From: Lepidodermella squamata
Taxonomy: Eukaryota; Animalia; Gastrotricha
DNA: 64,000 bases
Direction: 5' to 3'
Assembly (NCBI GenBank): GCA_047495785.1
Contig: JBLDXI010000002.1
Coordinates: forward strand, 2,604,001-2,668,000
Below the pieces are notes generated by a model, which was not told where the DNA came from, did no database searches, and saw only the letters and a program-made list of their open reading frames with translations. Positions 22,501 to 36,000 of the stretch are shown in pieces. Made by a program: the position numbers and the translations under genes. The number at the start of each line of letters is the position of its first letter. The stretch's first letter is position 1.

Positions 22501-25500
22501 ATTTTGGAAATCGCGAGCCCGTTTGCGTCCTTATGAGGATGATAACTATTCAATTCAGCTTCAGCTATGAATATCACTTAATAAACATGTTATGGAAAAT
22601 GAGTTCCAATGTTTCAGCGATCTCTGAGAATGTTATCGAATTCGTTCTAGAGTCTTGTAAACTGGACTCTGCCTTTTTCCACGTGGCCATGCTTTCTCCT
22701 TCTAATTAAGAAGAACATTCTTAATTCTCGTAGCAGTGGATGAACGCTCCACTTTATTCAATTCGGTAGAGAGGATGGTTCTTAGGTTGTCTGAGCGCCC
22801 TAAGGAGGCATGTAATGCTCTTTGTTGCAGTTTACCGATTTCGGAATCTCTTACTTGTTTTGTGAAAAATTATGCTTTGAATAAAATAAGAAAAACTACC
22901 ATTTGTCGAATTTTCCAAAAACCTGTTTTAAGGATTATTATTGGTTACTTTGTTTCTTTGATAGGCTTCTACTAAAGATTTGTTTAATGGAAGACCTAGA
23001 GATGGTCGCGGTCAAAGCCGCAAGAAATGGTAGCTTGCAGACGTTGAAGCGCTTGGGCCAGCAAGGCTTTGACTTCAGTGCCATTTTCAATGGCAAATCA
23101 GTCCTGACTGAAGCCGTGCTAAGCGGAAATGTGGAGGTCATCCATTTCATTCTCCAAAAATGGCCTGAAGGGCTGAACGCGTCAAGTCGCTATGGGACGC
23201 CGCTGACCTGCGCGGTCGGTATGTCTGATGAGCAGGGGGCGGATCAAGCCCTGCGCGTGGTCCGCTTTCTCGTCGAAGAATGCAACGCCGACCTGGAGGC
23301 ACGCGATGGGGATGGCTACACCCCTGTGGCAGTCGCGTGCTTTCAGGACTCCACGACAAGTACCTTATTGGAAGGGGGGCTGACCTGAGGGCCCGCTTCC
23401 GTGGCAACAACTTGCTTCACTTGGTATGTGCTCATGGTGGCTCAAGAAAAGTGGTGCGGCTTATTGCACGTAGCAGCAGAGCTTTTGGCGGAGACAACGG
23501 ATGAGGAAGCCACTCCGCTCCAGATCGCCTGCAAATCCAAACATCCGGCGATTGTACAATGCCTCATCCAAGAGTTTCACGCCGACGTCCACCACGGCTC
23601 GCCTATTTTGGCCTGCGCAGAGATTTTGGCAAACCATGGGGCCAATTTAGGCGAGCGAGATGTTGGCGGGAACACTATTCTCCACCTTGGTGTGAGACTA
23701 GGCAACATCAACCTAGTCGATTTGGTGGCTCGTAAGTCGCCGGCCTTGCTGAAGGCTTGCAACAACGCCGGCATATCGCCGTTGGAGATGGCCGTGAGAG
23801 AAAAGAAAGAGGGAGTTGCGAGGGCCCTGCTGGACGCAATTTTTAGAACCCCATGAAATAATAGCTTGTAACTGTTAAAAAAGTATGTCGTCTCGTTGCA
23901 GTTCTTCTTTGTGTTTTTCGTTTGTCGTTGTGTCGATGTCGATTTTTAGGATTTGTCAATTGGTATTCATATATTGTTAACCATCTTTAAAGTTTATGTT
24001 CGATGTCGTCAATTTTATGCTTTGCTGTCGTCTCGTTGCTCGCTCTTTGTTAGACATGCTTGCTTGACTTTGTTAGACACGCAAGTTCAATCATTTGCCT
24101 GTGCAATCTACACATTCCAACCTTTGTTGACCGCGTATCACCAACGCCGATAGCCGATATATATTCATTCACCTACCGACTCGCTCTCAAATTACATGCT
24201 TACCCTAACACCTTGTTTATAAAACATAACGCATTTACTCCAACGTTTCGGTTATAGTCAATAACCATCTTCAGGGATTGTTTTAGAAATTAAATCAGAA
24301 TTTAAAATTTCTCGTTTTTTGACAAATGGGAACAAATTGTCTAACAATAAATTGACCGATAATAAGTGAAAAGTGGGATTTGGCGTATTTTCTGTATTTT
24401 CCAGCAAATGGCAAAACGTGTGTTGACTTGAAGAGGGACGATTCTTGGATTCCTAGATGTCTTAACTCAGTTTTTCTTGAGGATTTTGAATTTTCGAATT
24501 TCAGACCACTAGGATGCTCCTATCCTCCTTAAAACACGGAATACCCTAGAGATGCCCCGGAAAGTGTCATTGATTCAGGTTGTCCCAGAGACACTAAATC
24601 GCAACAAAATTTTAAAATATATAGTGAGATTCCTCACCTCAGATTACCCAATTAAATGTCGACAGCGCATGCAATACTATCATCAGAATTTATTGCGCGA
24701 GGGATTTTTAAAAATCCATAATGAAAAATGAACGAATATTTTAGGATTGCGTTTTCGAAATTAGAAATGTTCCCCCTAAACATTGAAGCCCATTTTCTCT
24801 GTAACCATGATGAATATAAACCTATTTTTTTATTTCGATCAACTCCTCGTTAATTGATCTTGAAAGCGGCATCAAAATCCCACGATGTCAAAATTTTCGC
24901 CACACCCCACTTTTCACTTATTTTCGGTCAACTTGTAATATATAAAAGATTGGATTTCTGAATGATTAAGCATCAAGTATTACCTCGATCAATTCGAACG
25001 GCATGGTCCGTTCCGAAATCGCAGCCATGGCCTTGCGAGTCTTCTCCGAGTACTTGGTCGCATCACAAATCGCATTGCAATCCACGTCAGCCGAACTAGT
25101 TTGCTGGCCACCAAGAGCCGCTTGACTCGACGTGCCAGGCGGCGCATCGTCATCGTCACTCTCGTCATCATCCGCCGGAACGTCCTCATCGTCATCCACC
25201 AAACCAGCCGGGCGCTTTCGTTTTCGCGGCTGGGTGATCATAGAAGCATCGAAATCAGTCATTTGAATAATATCCTCCAGAAAGTAATGCTCGACCGAAA
25301 ACTGGCGACCACGGACTTCGACGACGGAGACTCGGCCGAAATATTCCGTGAACATATCGACATTCACGGTCGCGCTCATCAAAATTATCTTCATCTGCGG
25401 GAATGCGATAGCCATATCACGCAGTAAAATCAACAGAAAATCTGTATCAATGTCCCTCTCGTGAATTTCATCGACAATCACGTGGGAGACACCCCGCAGA

Positions 25501-28210
25501 CCAGCCTCCATTTTTCGTAGTAGAACTCCGACAGTGCAGTAGAGAATAGCCCCGTAGGGTCGAGGTAGTTGCGAATCAAATCTGACTGAATACCCGACCG
25601 AACACCCCAGCGCCTCGCCACGTTCAGCCGCGACTCGTTCAGCAATAGTTACCGCACTGATTCGCCTCGGTTGAGTCACTACTATATTGCATTTCGCCCC
25701 GTAACCTTCGTCAATAGCTGTGTCCAAAATGAACTGAGGCACTTGAGTAGTTTTGCCTGAACCAGTTTCGCCCCGCACCAAAATTACGGTGGAACTTTCA
25801 ATTTCTCGCAGAATTTCGTCGCAACTTTCAAACACAGGTAAACGCTGCCGCTGTTGCTGTAACTCGACAGTATTAGGGTCTGAATAGCGTTGCTGATTGT
25901 GACTCCTCAGATCTACACTGATTTGATCCATCGATACAGAGGCGTAGTAGCCATCGTCGATATTTGCCGCTCGCCACGGGTCCCAGTTCGCGAGGGGCGG
26001 CGCCCACATCACGGTTTTCACTGTCGCGGATTGTTGGGTTTGAGCTTTCGGCTCCGAGGCGAATTCGCCCAGGTTGCTTTTAACGAGTAGACTAATCGAA
26101 TCTTGACCAGGCGGTTGACTAGAAACTTGAACTGGTTCGATGCCGTACGCGGTAACGACTCTACGAACACGTTCTGCGAGTTGGGGGTCGACAAATACTG
26201 CTTTTTTAGGCACGGCATTGCGATTTATTTTCGGGGCTGCGGTTCCACAGGCCTCGATGATGCCCAAATGATAGAGCTGCCGGACGATTGAGCAAGCGCA
26301 GGCTTTTGATGAGACGTGCTTAGTCGAACCGTGCTCACGAGCATTGATGTCTGAAATAATTTTCGGTAATATTTATTTTGCGATGTACACAAATTTAAAC
26401 AAACATCTGTTGAGTTCTCGAACGAAAATACTTAGTTCGCAGATAAATGTCCTGAAAAAATGAAAATGTTGCAATTAAAGCTAATGAAACATAATGAGGG
26501 TGAGTAAATAATAATTTTACTCTGAATCCTCGACACAAAAATTTCAGAGGAATTTGGTTTTCAAATTTCACATTTCCGCAACTAATATGAGAATTACCAA
26601 CTCTCAAGCCAGAAAAATACATAGATATAAGCTTGATTCCTAACATTAGGTCAACGTTTCCTAATCTTGGGTCCCGGGAGTTGTCTGGCAATTTTGATCG
26701 ATTTATTCCTCCGGACTTTCGAATCAAACAATATACTGAGAATTTTCAGGCTGTTCATAGGGGTCAGCTAAAGCTTGCGCCATTTTTTATTCGGCCCATC
26801 TAAGACGCAGAAATGCGCAGCTGGGTAAAAATGCAAATAAAGCAGCGAAAATTTCAAAAGCAAATAGCATATCGAGCTCAAAATTCTGGATTATTTGTTC
26901 GATTTTCTGAACGTAGAGCGGAAGGAAATGGGAATCCGATGGGTCGCGAATGCCTCCAACAACTTTTTTGAATTTTTTGGATGGAGCTAACATATGAACT
27001 TATTCTTCATACCCAACGGCTACTAGGTATGAAAATTCGAGGGCCATACGGGAAATGTTCAGGAATAAGCACTTGCAAAATTCAAAATCCCGAAAAATAG
27101 TTCAAACCGTCTAATTTAAAAGCTTATTTCATTGTGGGTAGAATATCATCCATATATCAGATCCATTCAATAGCGCTCTTCTTCGAAAAACGGTATCAGC
27201 TCTTATTTTTCGTAAATCAAGTTTCCCAATAATTATCGATTGAGAAATTCGCCGTTATTACGAACCAATTTTTGCATCATTTTTCAATTTTCACCGCATT
27301 TTTTAATTCATGTCAAATTTTCGGCTTATTGTCAATTCTTTCATATTCAGAATCGATGAAATAAGCCCTGAATATTCGTTTCCAAGCATGAGGTTCGTTT
27401 TGGCTTTCCGTCATTGCATCATCAGATCAACAGAGAGCCAAAACCAACCTCAAGCTCGCCATTATTATTTTCGCCAGCAATATCGATGACCCATGTTTTG
27501 TCAAATTTTCTCGTTTTTTTTTCTTGTTCGGTTCATCGGCAACAAATTGGACTGGCATTGAAATACCGGTTATGATCAGGGCCCATCGACGTGTACTTGA
27601 AGTCGACATTGCCGCCCTTGTTATGCGCCTGGACCCACTGGTGAAAGCGCTGTTTCGCATTGTCAATCGTCCAACCGCCGTGGTACGCCGCCGTCATATC
27701 GACCATCTCGTTATCGGCTACTTCGCGCTTGTTCGCCGCCGCATGCATCGCCATGCGATCAGCGAGCGCCATGCCCGGCAGCGAGTCGCGCGCAGGCAAT
27801 CCGAAGCGCGGCTGATTAGCAGCAGCGTTGTTGTTGTTGCTATTAGGCGCGAACGTCGAAAACCCAGCGTTGTTACTACTAGCCCCGGCGACGATGAATT
27901 GCGCCGCGCTGCTATTATTCTGCGGCGATTCGAGCAAGTGCGCGACTTCTTTCTCCGGCACGGCGGCGATGCGGACCAAGTACTGCACAAAATCCTTACA
28001 GGCGTTCGTCTTAGCATCACGCTTGTTAGTCGAGTTGCCGTAAGCTTCGTACACATATTTATCTGAGGCAACGAGGCGGCAGACGAAACGCGGCCTCGCT
28101 TTTGTTCCAGATTCGGAAAATGTAAATTCAGCGTTGACCTTCTGCTTTTGAAAAAATTCATTTATCCACTTCTTCACACTGGCTCCTGCGTCGTCTTCAT
28201 GATCAGCCAT
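19558..28210 (-). CDS. DHX9: ATP-dependent RNA helicase A (DHX9 / maleless / rha-1 orthologue)
   Basis: Two N-terminal dsRBDs ([18 protein letters not shown]), motif [39 protein letters not shown]2/OB regions, C-terminal RGG tail. Exons approx. 28210-27567, 26451-26405, 26350-24986, 21725-20649, 20594-20411, 20358-19558. Confidence 0.97.
22987..23856 (+). pseudogene. Intronless ankyrin-repeat pseudogene nested antisense in a DHX9 intron
   Basis: Ankyrin motifs ([53 protein letters not shown]) spread over three frames; frameshifts near 23345 and 23470. Confidence 0.75.
24352..24931. mobile_element. MITE with ~34-bp TIRs in a DHX9 intron
   Basis: Left TTGACCGATAATAAGTGAAAAGTGGGATTTGGCG; reverse complement of right end TTGACCGAAAATAAGTGAAAAGTGGGGTGTGGCG (3 mismatches). 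No ORF; TSD not evident. Confidence 0.65.
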
Positions 28211-29624
28211 TCTTCAATTTTCCTAAGAATGTACAAAAACGAAAATTAAAAAACAACTTTTTTATTTGATGCGCCCTGTCACTACGTTTTACTAATTCAT
28301 TTCGCTCACGGCTTTCTTTTTGTTTTCATCATCATCATTAAATTTCGACTTTTTTTAGCATTGTCGAAGAGAGAGAGATAGAGATAGAACCAAGTGATAA
28401 CACGCACAAGCGCAGACCGAGAGACAATAACAGCGGCTAAAAAAGACACGAAAACACGCATTTTTCATAATATTTGCTGCCGAATCCATTCATAATCAAT
28501 CGGTGTGCAATCTAGCGTTTCGATATATGTGCGCGTAAAAGATCAAATCGTTTGTTGTTATCGTATTTTTATACATCATCATCATCATTATCATCAACCC
28601 TTACGGCCGCCATCAATGAAAGAATCGTCGTCAATGAAATATATACGAGTAAATAAAAGGGTAATAAAGCACTTTTCAATCGCGTCAACACGTCAAACTA
28701 GAGAGAAAATTGTAGCTTGCATGTGTTTTTAAAGAAGGTTTTTATCGGCCTTTCAGACCAACAATTGTTCTTTTCCAATTTCCTGTCGGTATATGTTTTG
28801 CAGAGTTCAAGCAGCAAAAAGGGCGCGAGAGGAAAATTTCAAACAATAATCAAGTATGATTCAAGTAAAAAGGAAGCAGAAAAACCCGTAGGACGCACTC
28901 AGCGATATCGAGAAAAACGGTTTTTTGAAATCCACAGTGAATTAAGAAGAGAAAAAAGGAAAAACGCGACAACAAAAGACTCGGGTGTGTTATCGGTGTA
29001 AAGGAAAAAAATCAAATCATTCACAGTCATCGATTTCCAGCGTAAGGGAACAGCAATAATAATAATAATAATATATTCAATATATTTTATGATTTCAAGT
29101 AATTAAATATATAACTTTGATAGATAAACCTGATGCCATCAGTGCGCTTTTTCTTGATATGAGTCGACATTTCTCTTCTCATCCGCATAACAATCTGTGT
29201 TATTTACAAAGCACGTATAAAAAGATCCCCAGCAAATGAAGAGAAGTTCAAGAAGATGAAGAGAGAGAGAGAAAAGAACAAACAACGACAAACCGCGATC
29301 ACATGCACTACGCATATTGCCATAATTTCATAATTTTCTGAGATAATAATATGTTTCACCTCTACAATTTTTGTTTAGTTTTTTTTCATCTCACAGTTAT
29401 TTTGTCGATAAAGATACATTTGGCCGATATATAAGTATATTCTCAAATATTTGAATAGATTTCTGTTCTCAGGAGGAGAATAAATGGACTCAGTGGCACG
29501 GTGGCGAAAAGCCTGTCGCTACTACTACTAATGAAAGCATTTTCGAAGGGATCCACCTTAAAACAGAGCCGTGAACGACGAGTTTGTGCGTCATGAGAGG
29601 CAGATAGAAGAACGCAAAAAGGAA

Positions 29625-29648
29625 AAGAAGAAGAAGAAGAAGAAGAAG
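29625..29648. repeat. (AAG)n microsatellite
   Basis: About 8 AAG units, in the probable MAST 3' UTR. Confidence 0.8.
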
Positions 29649-30048
29649 GATGATCAAGTAAAGAAAGGAAAACAATTTTTTACGCTTCATTTTTCACAAT
29701 GAATCGTGGGTATTTTGAATTCGCGTTTCATGTATGAAAGACTTGACAAATGATAATATAACTGCTGTTTATATTTTGGTACCCGCATCGGCGGGTATTC
29801 ATTTTTATGTTCGTGTGTGTGGGTGTGCGTTTGAACTGAGCAGAAGACATGCATTCTCCAATATTGATTTGTTTCTCAACGACGGTTTTATAGGTAGCGA
29901 AGAAGTAGTAGCTTCTTCCACAGCCAGGAAGACACGCGTCAATAATCCTCATCATCAGATTTCATCTATAATAAAAACACTGATTTGTTTGCCACGTTCA
30001 TTACAGTCATTTTTTCAATCATAAGTTCTTTGTTAAAAATCAATTTGA

Positions 30049-33000
30049 TCACAGAGCTTGGTCGTCGAGCTCCGAGTCAGGCCACGTGCCGTCGTCGGTT
30101 GTCAAGCGGCGGCGAACAACATGCTGCGAGTGGATCGGGGTGGCGGCCGACTCGGATTTGCGCTCAAGCACCGACGACTCGCCTGAATTATTCGACAACG
30201 CGTCCGAGTCCGTCGCAGTTGCCGCGGGCAGTGACGTCGTGGACGATGATTCCGAAGTCGCAGTGACATGGGGGACGTAGACAGACTGAACCCGGCGGTT
30301 TGACATATTCCGCATACGCAAAGACCCGCCTGGTTCTTGGACCAAGGGCGAACAAGCGCGTTGCGGGCTGATTGGCGTGATTGGGAGGGAGGCGGTGACA
30401 TTAACGGTCGAGCCGCAGTTTGACGCGACCAGTAGGGAATCGACCGGCCTGGTAGTCGGCGACGACCCGGTCAGGGGTGATGGGGTCCTGGCCAGCGGCG
30501 ACGGCATCGTGTGGAACGACCGTCGACGCGAAACTGCATTTCCACCACCGCTCTCAGCTTTCGACGGGTGAAGCGAGGTCGCAGTTGGGGTCACTTGCTG
30601 CCCGGTATGGCTCATTTGCCTCATATTTCTCGGCCGGGATCCTCCACCCAGGGCCGAGGTTAGAGCGTGGGATAACGCGCCGTGGGGTAACGACGAACTC
30701 AACAACTGGTTGTGGCCGGCCACGACAGACGGCAGTGCTAGTAGCTGGTGCGGTCTGTTCGGCGGGGTATTTGATACCCGGCGTGAAGCGGGAGTGACCG
30801 CGGCTGGCAGCATGGTTTGAGACAGAGCGCGTTGCATACGAACCGCGCCGTGACTCGTGCTGGCGGAAAAACTCGCCGCCAGCCGGTTCTGCGAGCCGGA
30901 ACTCGACCCCGGCCGACTGGTCGACGGCAGCCGGACGTGCGGGGTCGTTTCTGACGTGGATGATTCGCTGGGGCTGGGAGCTTCAGGCGGTTGTTCCGGG
31001 GTGGTTGCGGTCATCGAAGCGTGTCGGCACAAATTGCTTCGTGACTTCGCCGCCGGGTCGAACGACTTGCGGTGAACGACCGTTGAAGCCGGGGTGGTGG
31101 TAGGGCCCCGGGTGGAGGCGCCAGCGGTCTGCGAGTTGAGACGGTTGCGGGTACGGGACGACGTGAATGCGGCCATTGCAGCCGGGGTGGCACGGATCAG
31201 GTTGGCTGTTTCTGGCTCGCACGTGTAGACTGTAACCTCGTGCTTACTAGCAACGAGCCGGGTAAGCACATCAATATGTGAATGGCCGTCAACAGCGCCG
31301 TCGTTGATCGCCATAATGACATGGCCGGGTTGCAGGCCGGCAGCCGCAGCCGGGCTGTTGCTCTGCACAGATAGAATCTGGTGCTGTAGGCGTGACTTGC
31401 CGGTCGTGGTCGCTGTTTTCGGCGTGCTCGGCGGCACCGGGTCGCGGACTCGTACAGTTCGGAACGTGAATCCGAAACCTCGCGGACCGCGCCGGATTGT
31501 GACCGATTGCGGGCATAACGGAGCTGGCATGGCAAAGCCGCCCGGGCTCAACGGGGACAGCGATGAACTCGTCGAACCATCGCTGCCGCCGCTGATGCGA
31601 CGCGTATCTGGGCCTGAGACGGGCGATGAGGAAGAGTGGCCTAGGGCTGGGTGGGTTGATTGGTTCTGCGATGTCGATGGAATGAGAAGAGACAGAGGCT
31701 TGTTCTGCGCCAATCGAGTCGACGGCTTTTTCGATCCAACCTAAGAAAAATAAATACAAAAATTAACACTCAAGAAAAACTTCAATAAAATTTAAGGAGG
31801 ACTTTTTAAGAATTAACATTGAAAATAATTTTTTTGCAAATAATGAAAAAATTCTAACCTTCAACTGCTGCTGCTGTTGAACTTGAGAGGCAGCCATCGA
31901 TAAGATATTGCTGCCCGGTGGAGTGGCAGCGGTCGTATTCACTGAAATCACAGGAACCTGGCGCGGCTGGTTCGGCTCAGAACCGGTCACCGAGGTCTCG
32001 CTATTTCGACCAGCAGAGCCGGAGTCAACCGGCGAATCGCAGTCGATTTGGCGTGAAGTCGATGGCAGGGATCCTCGAGCCGAGTGCAAGTCAGCGGCTG
32101 AGAGGGACGAAGCGAGCAGGGGCGATGATTCGCCTGAACTGCTGATCAAACTGAGAGAATCTCTAGCGTATCGCGGCGAGAAAGAACAGAAGCTCTGGAA
32201 CATGAGATCGTTAGTAGGCGGCGTGGTTGAAGCGGCCAACGTCGCATCACATGACGGCGGCAGTAACGTGTTCTCCGCCTGGCCTCCGACGACCAACGAC
32301 CCGACACGTGATCGAACCAACGGGCTGTTCGCCTCATACGGCGAGCAAGAACCGGTGGGAGCGAACACCATATCGGCCTGCATCAGTGCTTCGACATCGT
32401 CGGACGTATCGTCATGCCGATAGCGGTCAGTACGCGAGTCGAAATACCCGGTATCTTCCTCGTCGTCTAATTGGGGCACAAACAACATCTCGGCCTTCTG
32501 CCACAACACTGCAGTCCAATCAACGGAGTCGAAAAAGCCGTGCGTTTTCACATCCTGCGCCCCGCCTGGACCGGACCCAAGACGCACGTCAGGGTCGATT
32601 TGTAGTAAACTCTCGATGAGATCACGCGAGTCGTCGGTCGGATACAACGGGTCGTCCGGGTCATCCGGCCACTCGATAGCATCTGTAGTCAGATAACAAG
32701 GTTTTTAACTTAGTTTCTTTCAATCATTCATATTCATAATGTCTCAAGTTTACGAGGTAAAGTAAACGGCTTCACGCTCGTGTAGCTATTTTCCTCATAT
32801 TTTTGTTTAATCAGGCGTACTTTCGCCGAGTGATAAACAGCAACCTTGCATAGCGTCATATAAATTTTTTGTTTGCTCAAGAGACGCCTGGGTATTTTCT
32901 TATCTAAACCCAGCGATACAGGAATAGGTATATCGCAAGTGTTTATTGTATTGATTAAGGTGGCTGGACACTTACCGTGATAGACAATCATCTGAAAGAC

Positions 33001-36000
33001 TTCCTGCGGCGTCGAGCCGTAGAAAGGCGTGATGCCCAGCAGGCATTCGTAAAGCACAACACCGACCGACCTGAAATCAATATACTTATCAAGTCTGTAA
33101 ACATTGCTTATCAAGCTGCACGTACCACCAGTCGACTGCTTTGCCGTAATCCTGCCCGAGAATGACCTCGGGTGCAATGTATTGCGGGGTGCCGTACACC
33201 TGTTTGTCTTTGAACAGGCGCTCGCCGGTCGACGATGCTCCGGAAGCCGGGTCGGTCACGTACAAATGCGTCGTACGGTTCATGAGGCCCACCTTCGACA
33301 GGCCAAAATCAGTGAGTTTTATATGGCCTGTCGCCGTAATGAGTAGATTGTCGGGCTTTATGTCGCGGTGTATGATGCCGTACGAGTGCAGGTACGCCAG
33401 GGCGAGCACGATTTCCGCAAAATAGACACGCGCGAGATCGACCGGAATCGTGCGCACTTTTTTCAGCAGCGACGCCACATCGCCGCCCTGCACATACTCC
33501 ATCACCATGCAAAAATGCTTCGGAGTCTGAAAAAGAAGAAAATTCAATTTTTTAAGGAGGATTTTTTTGTTTGGTTTTCTTATCGATTTTTCTTTACAAA
33601 GCTTTTGCCGCCTCATAAAGTTAATTTGTAAGAGTGTATTGAACTCGAAGGCATTTTTCGTGTTCATTTCAGCAGAAACCGTAGTGCGCTTGGATTTATT
33701 GTATTTTATTGCTTTCTGTACGTGTTTTGATGAATGTTTATCTATCGTAAATTTGAGTGGCATATAAACATACAACAACTCAAAGCTTTTACATGAAGAG
33801 ATTACGCCGTGTGGCTTTTAAAGCCCACACATACACACAACACACATTGCCTAGTACAAAAAGGTGAACCCAGTTCAAAGCCATCGTAAATCGAAATATC
33901 CGCCTATTTATGCGAGTGACTCTTTAATTTTTACAGGGTTCATCTCAATTTATTATCGCGGGGACTGGAAATATCACGGCAGATGTTTACAATTATTTGG
34001 GGACCCAGCTACATACACTTTTACCCGACCTATATAAACTACGCAAAAAATGGGACGCAGGTTAAAGCAAATAAATAGGACGGTGAATAAATAAATAGAA
34101 AAAATAGGGCAGGTTGATGAGAAATTATTATCATTACCTCGAAGGAACAGTACATCTGAACAACGAACGGATTGTCGGCGAACGTGAGGATGTTGCGTTC
34201 GGCCCAAATCTGTTCGCACTGGTTGTGCAGGGCTAAACAGCGCTTGTTGATGCGCTTCATCGCAAAACGCTGACCGGTGCGCTTCTGCCGCACGAGAAAG
34301 ACTGCTCCGTAAGCACCGTTCGAGATGTTTTTAACAACCTCGAAATCGTCTTCAGAGGGCGCGGCGATCGAGCCTAAATTCGTCGACAGCTCTTTGCCCA
34401 CTATTTGCTGTTGCCGGCTAACAGCCGGGGTCTGCGGCGTTGCCCCAGGTCGCTTTAGCGATGTGTTGAATAGGGACATATCGTCGAGCCCAGAGAGACC
34501 GGCGCTGGCTAGATCGCCGAGTTGCTCGGTGACGTAGCGGTAGACATCGCCCTGAACCTGTGAGATGATGCCGGGCGTGTCGAGTTGCGCCGTCAACTTG
34601 ATCGAGTCGGTGGAGAACTCGAGGCACTCGCACAGACGGGCGCACCGTGCGATCGCCATCAAGATGTTGATGATAATGCGGTGCAGTTTGCGCGCCGATA
34701 ACGGGCACTTCTGCTTCGCCTGTTTCGCGAGCTGGCCGAGGTTACTCGACAGGTTGGCGAACTGCGCCGCCGAGAGCTGGTTCTGCTCCGAGGCGCGCAG
34801 GCAGTCGGCCGCCAGCTGCAGCGCCTGGTCGTGCACGAAGCAGAACGCGCCGTCCATCGACTCGGGCAGCGCGATAGGCGAGGCGTGTTCCGCCGCGATA
34901 AGCGACCGCAGCCGGTCCTCCATTATGCGCTGCGCACGCGGAAAACACTCCGCATACACGCTGTTCAAAATCGCAACGTCATCGTCGGCGAGCGAACACA
35001 ACGACGGAGTGCTGTGTTTGCGAGTCAGCCGACTGCGCGGGATCGGGCTCAGTTCTCCCGCCAGCCCGCCGCCGCCCTGCAGCTCGAACACCGGGTTCGA
35101 GTCTGACGAACTGAATTGCGACGTTCCACTCGCTCGTGGTGACAGTAGGGACGAAGAGTTTGCCGCAGCTGCATTCGCTGTTCCTAACGACAAACTCTGG
35201 CCAACCGCCGTCGTGTGATGGCGCTGGCGTATTGCGTTCACATTGCCCTGGGTCAACGGCGCGGCACTACTCAAACCAGGGCTCGCCGGTAGACCCTCGT
35301 TAGATGTGTAAATTGACGATGTGCCGTCAGAACCAACACCTCCGGGTTCAGTCGCGTAACCCGAGGAGCCGGGTAACGACGCAACAGACCATCGTCGGTG
35401 TCTAATAAAAAACATCGGTTTCAGTAAAAATCTAATTTTCTCGTTGTAATGCAACTAACCCATTTGAGTATCGACTGCTAAATCCCGGCGGGAAATTAGC
35501 ACTTTGCATGAAGGGCTTCGGGCTTTCCATAGGGCTCGTCGCCGTACTCGCCGTACTGTCATTACGCGCGCCTCCAAGGGGTCCGCCTGAAGCATGGCTG
35601 GAACGGCGAGCGGTAGCCGAGCTGATCAGCATGATAATGTGAATAAAATCTAGTACTTGGGTAAGTAGAGCCTACCGTAAACGGCCAGTATGTGGGTGGT
35701 GGTTTGAAGAGAGGAATTCGCGCTGGAACGAAAATAAAAAATACATTCAACCGAGCAACAGCATCGTCATCATCAGCAGTAATTGCATCGTGACATATCG
35801 CGCGGTGACGTCACCACGAGAAAATAACAGCAGGTATAAAAAGTCTTTAGCCAAGAAAACAAACAATGAATTGATTCATTCGCACTTGAGATTAGGCAGG
35901 CGCCCTATATTTTAAACGTGCACCTTGTCTTATATAAAGCACGTGAAGATAGATAGTGGATTTAATCTAGCGTAGGAAATCTAAAAATAGTTGCCACGGG

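Noticed and set aside
21830-22850. Possible endogenous viral or TE coding relic
   Set aside because: Looks like decayed coding sequence, but I found no diagnostic motif; BLASTX is needed.
27524-35218. Long plus-strand ORFs (e.g. 27524-28066, 31908-32423, 34565-35218)
   Set aside because: Antisense shadows of GC-rich DHX9 and MAST exons with no recognisable motifs.
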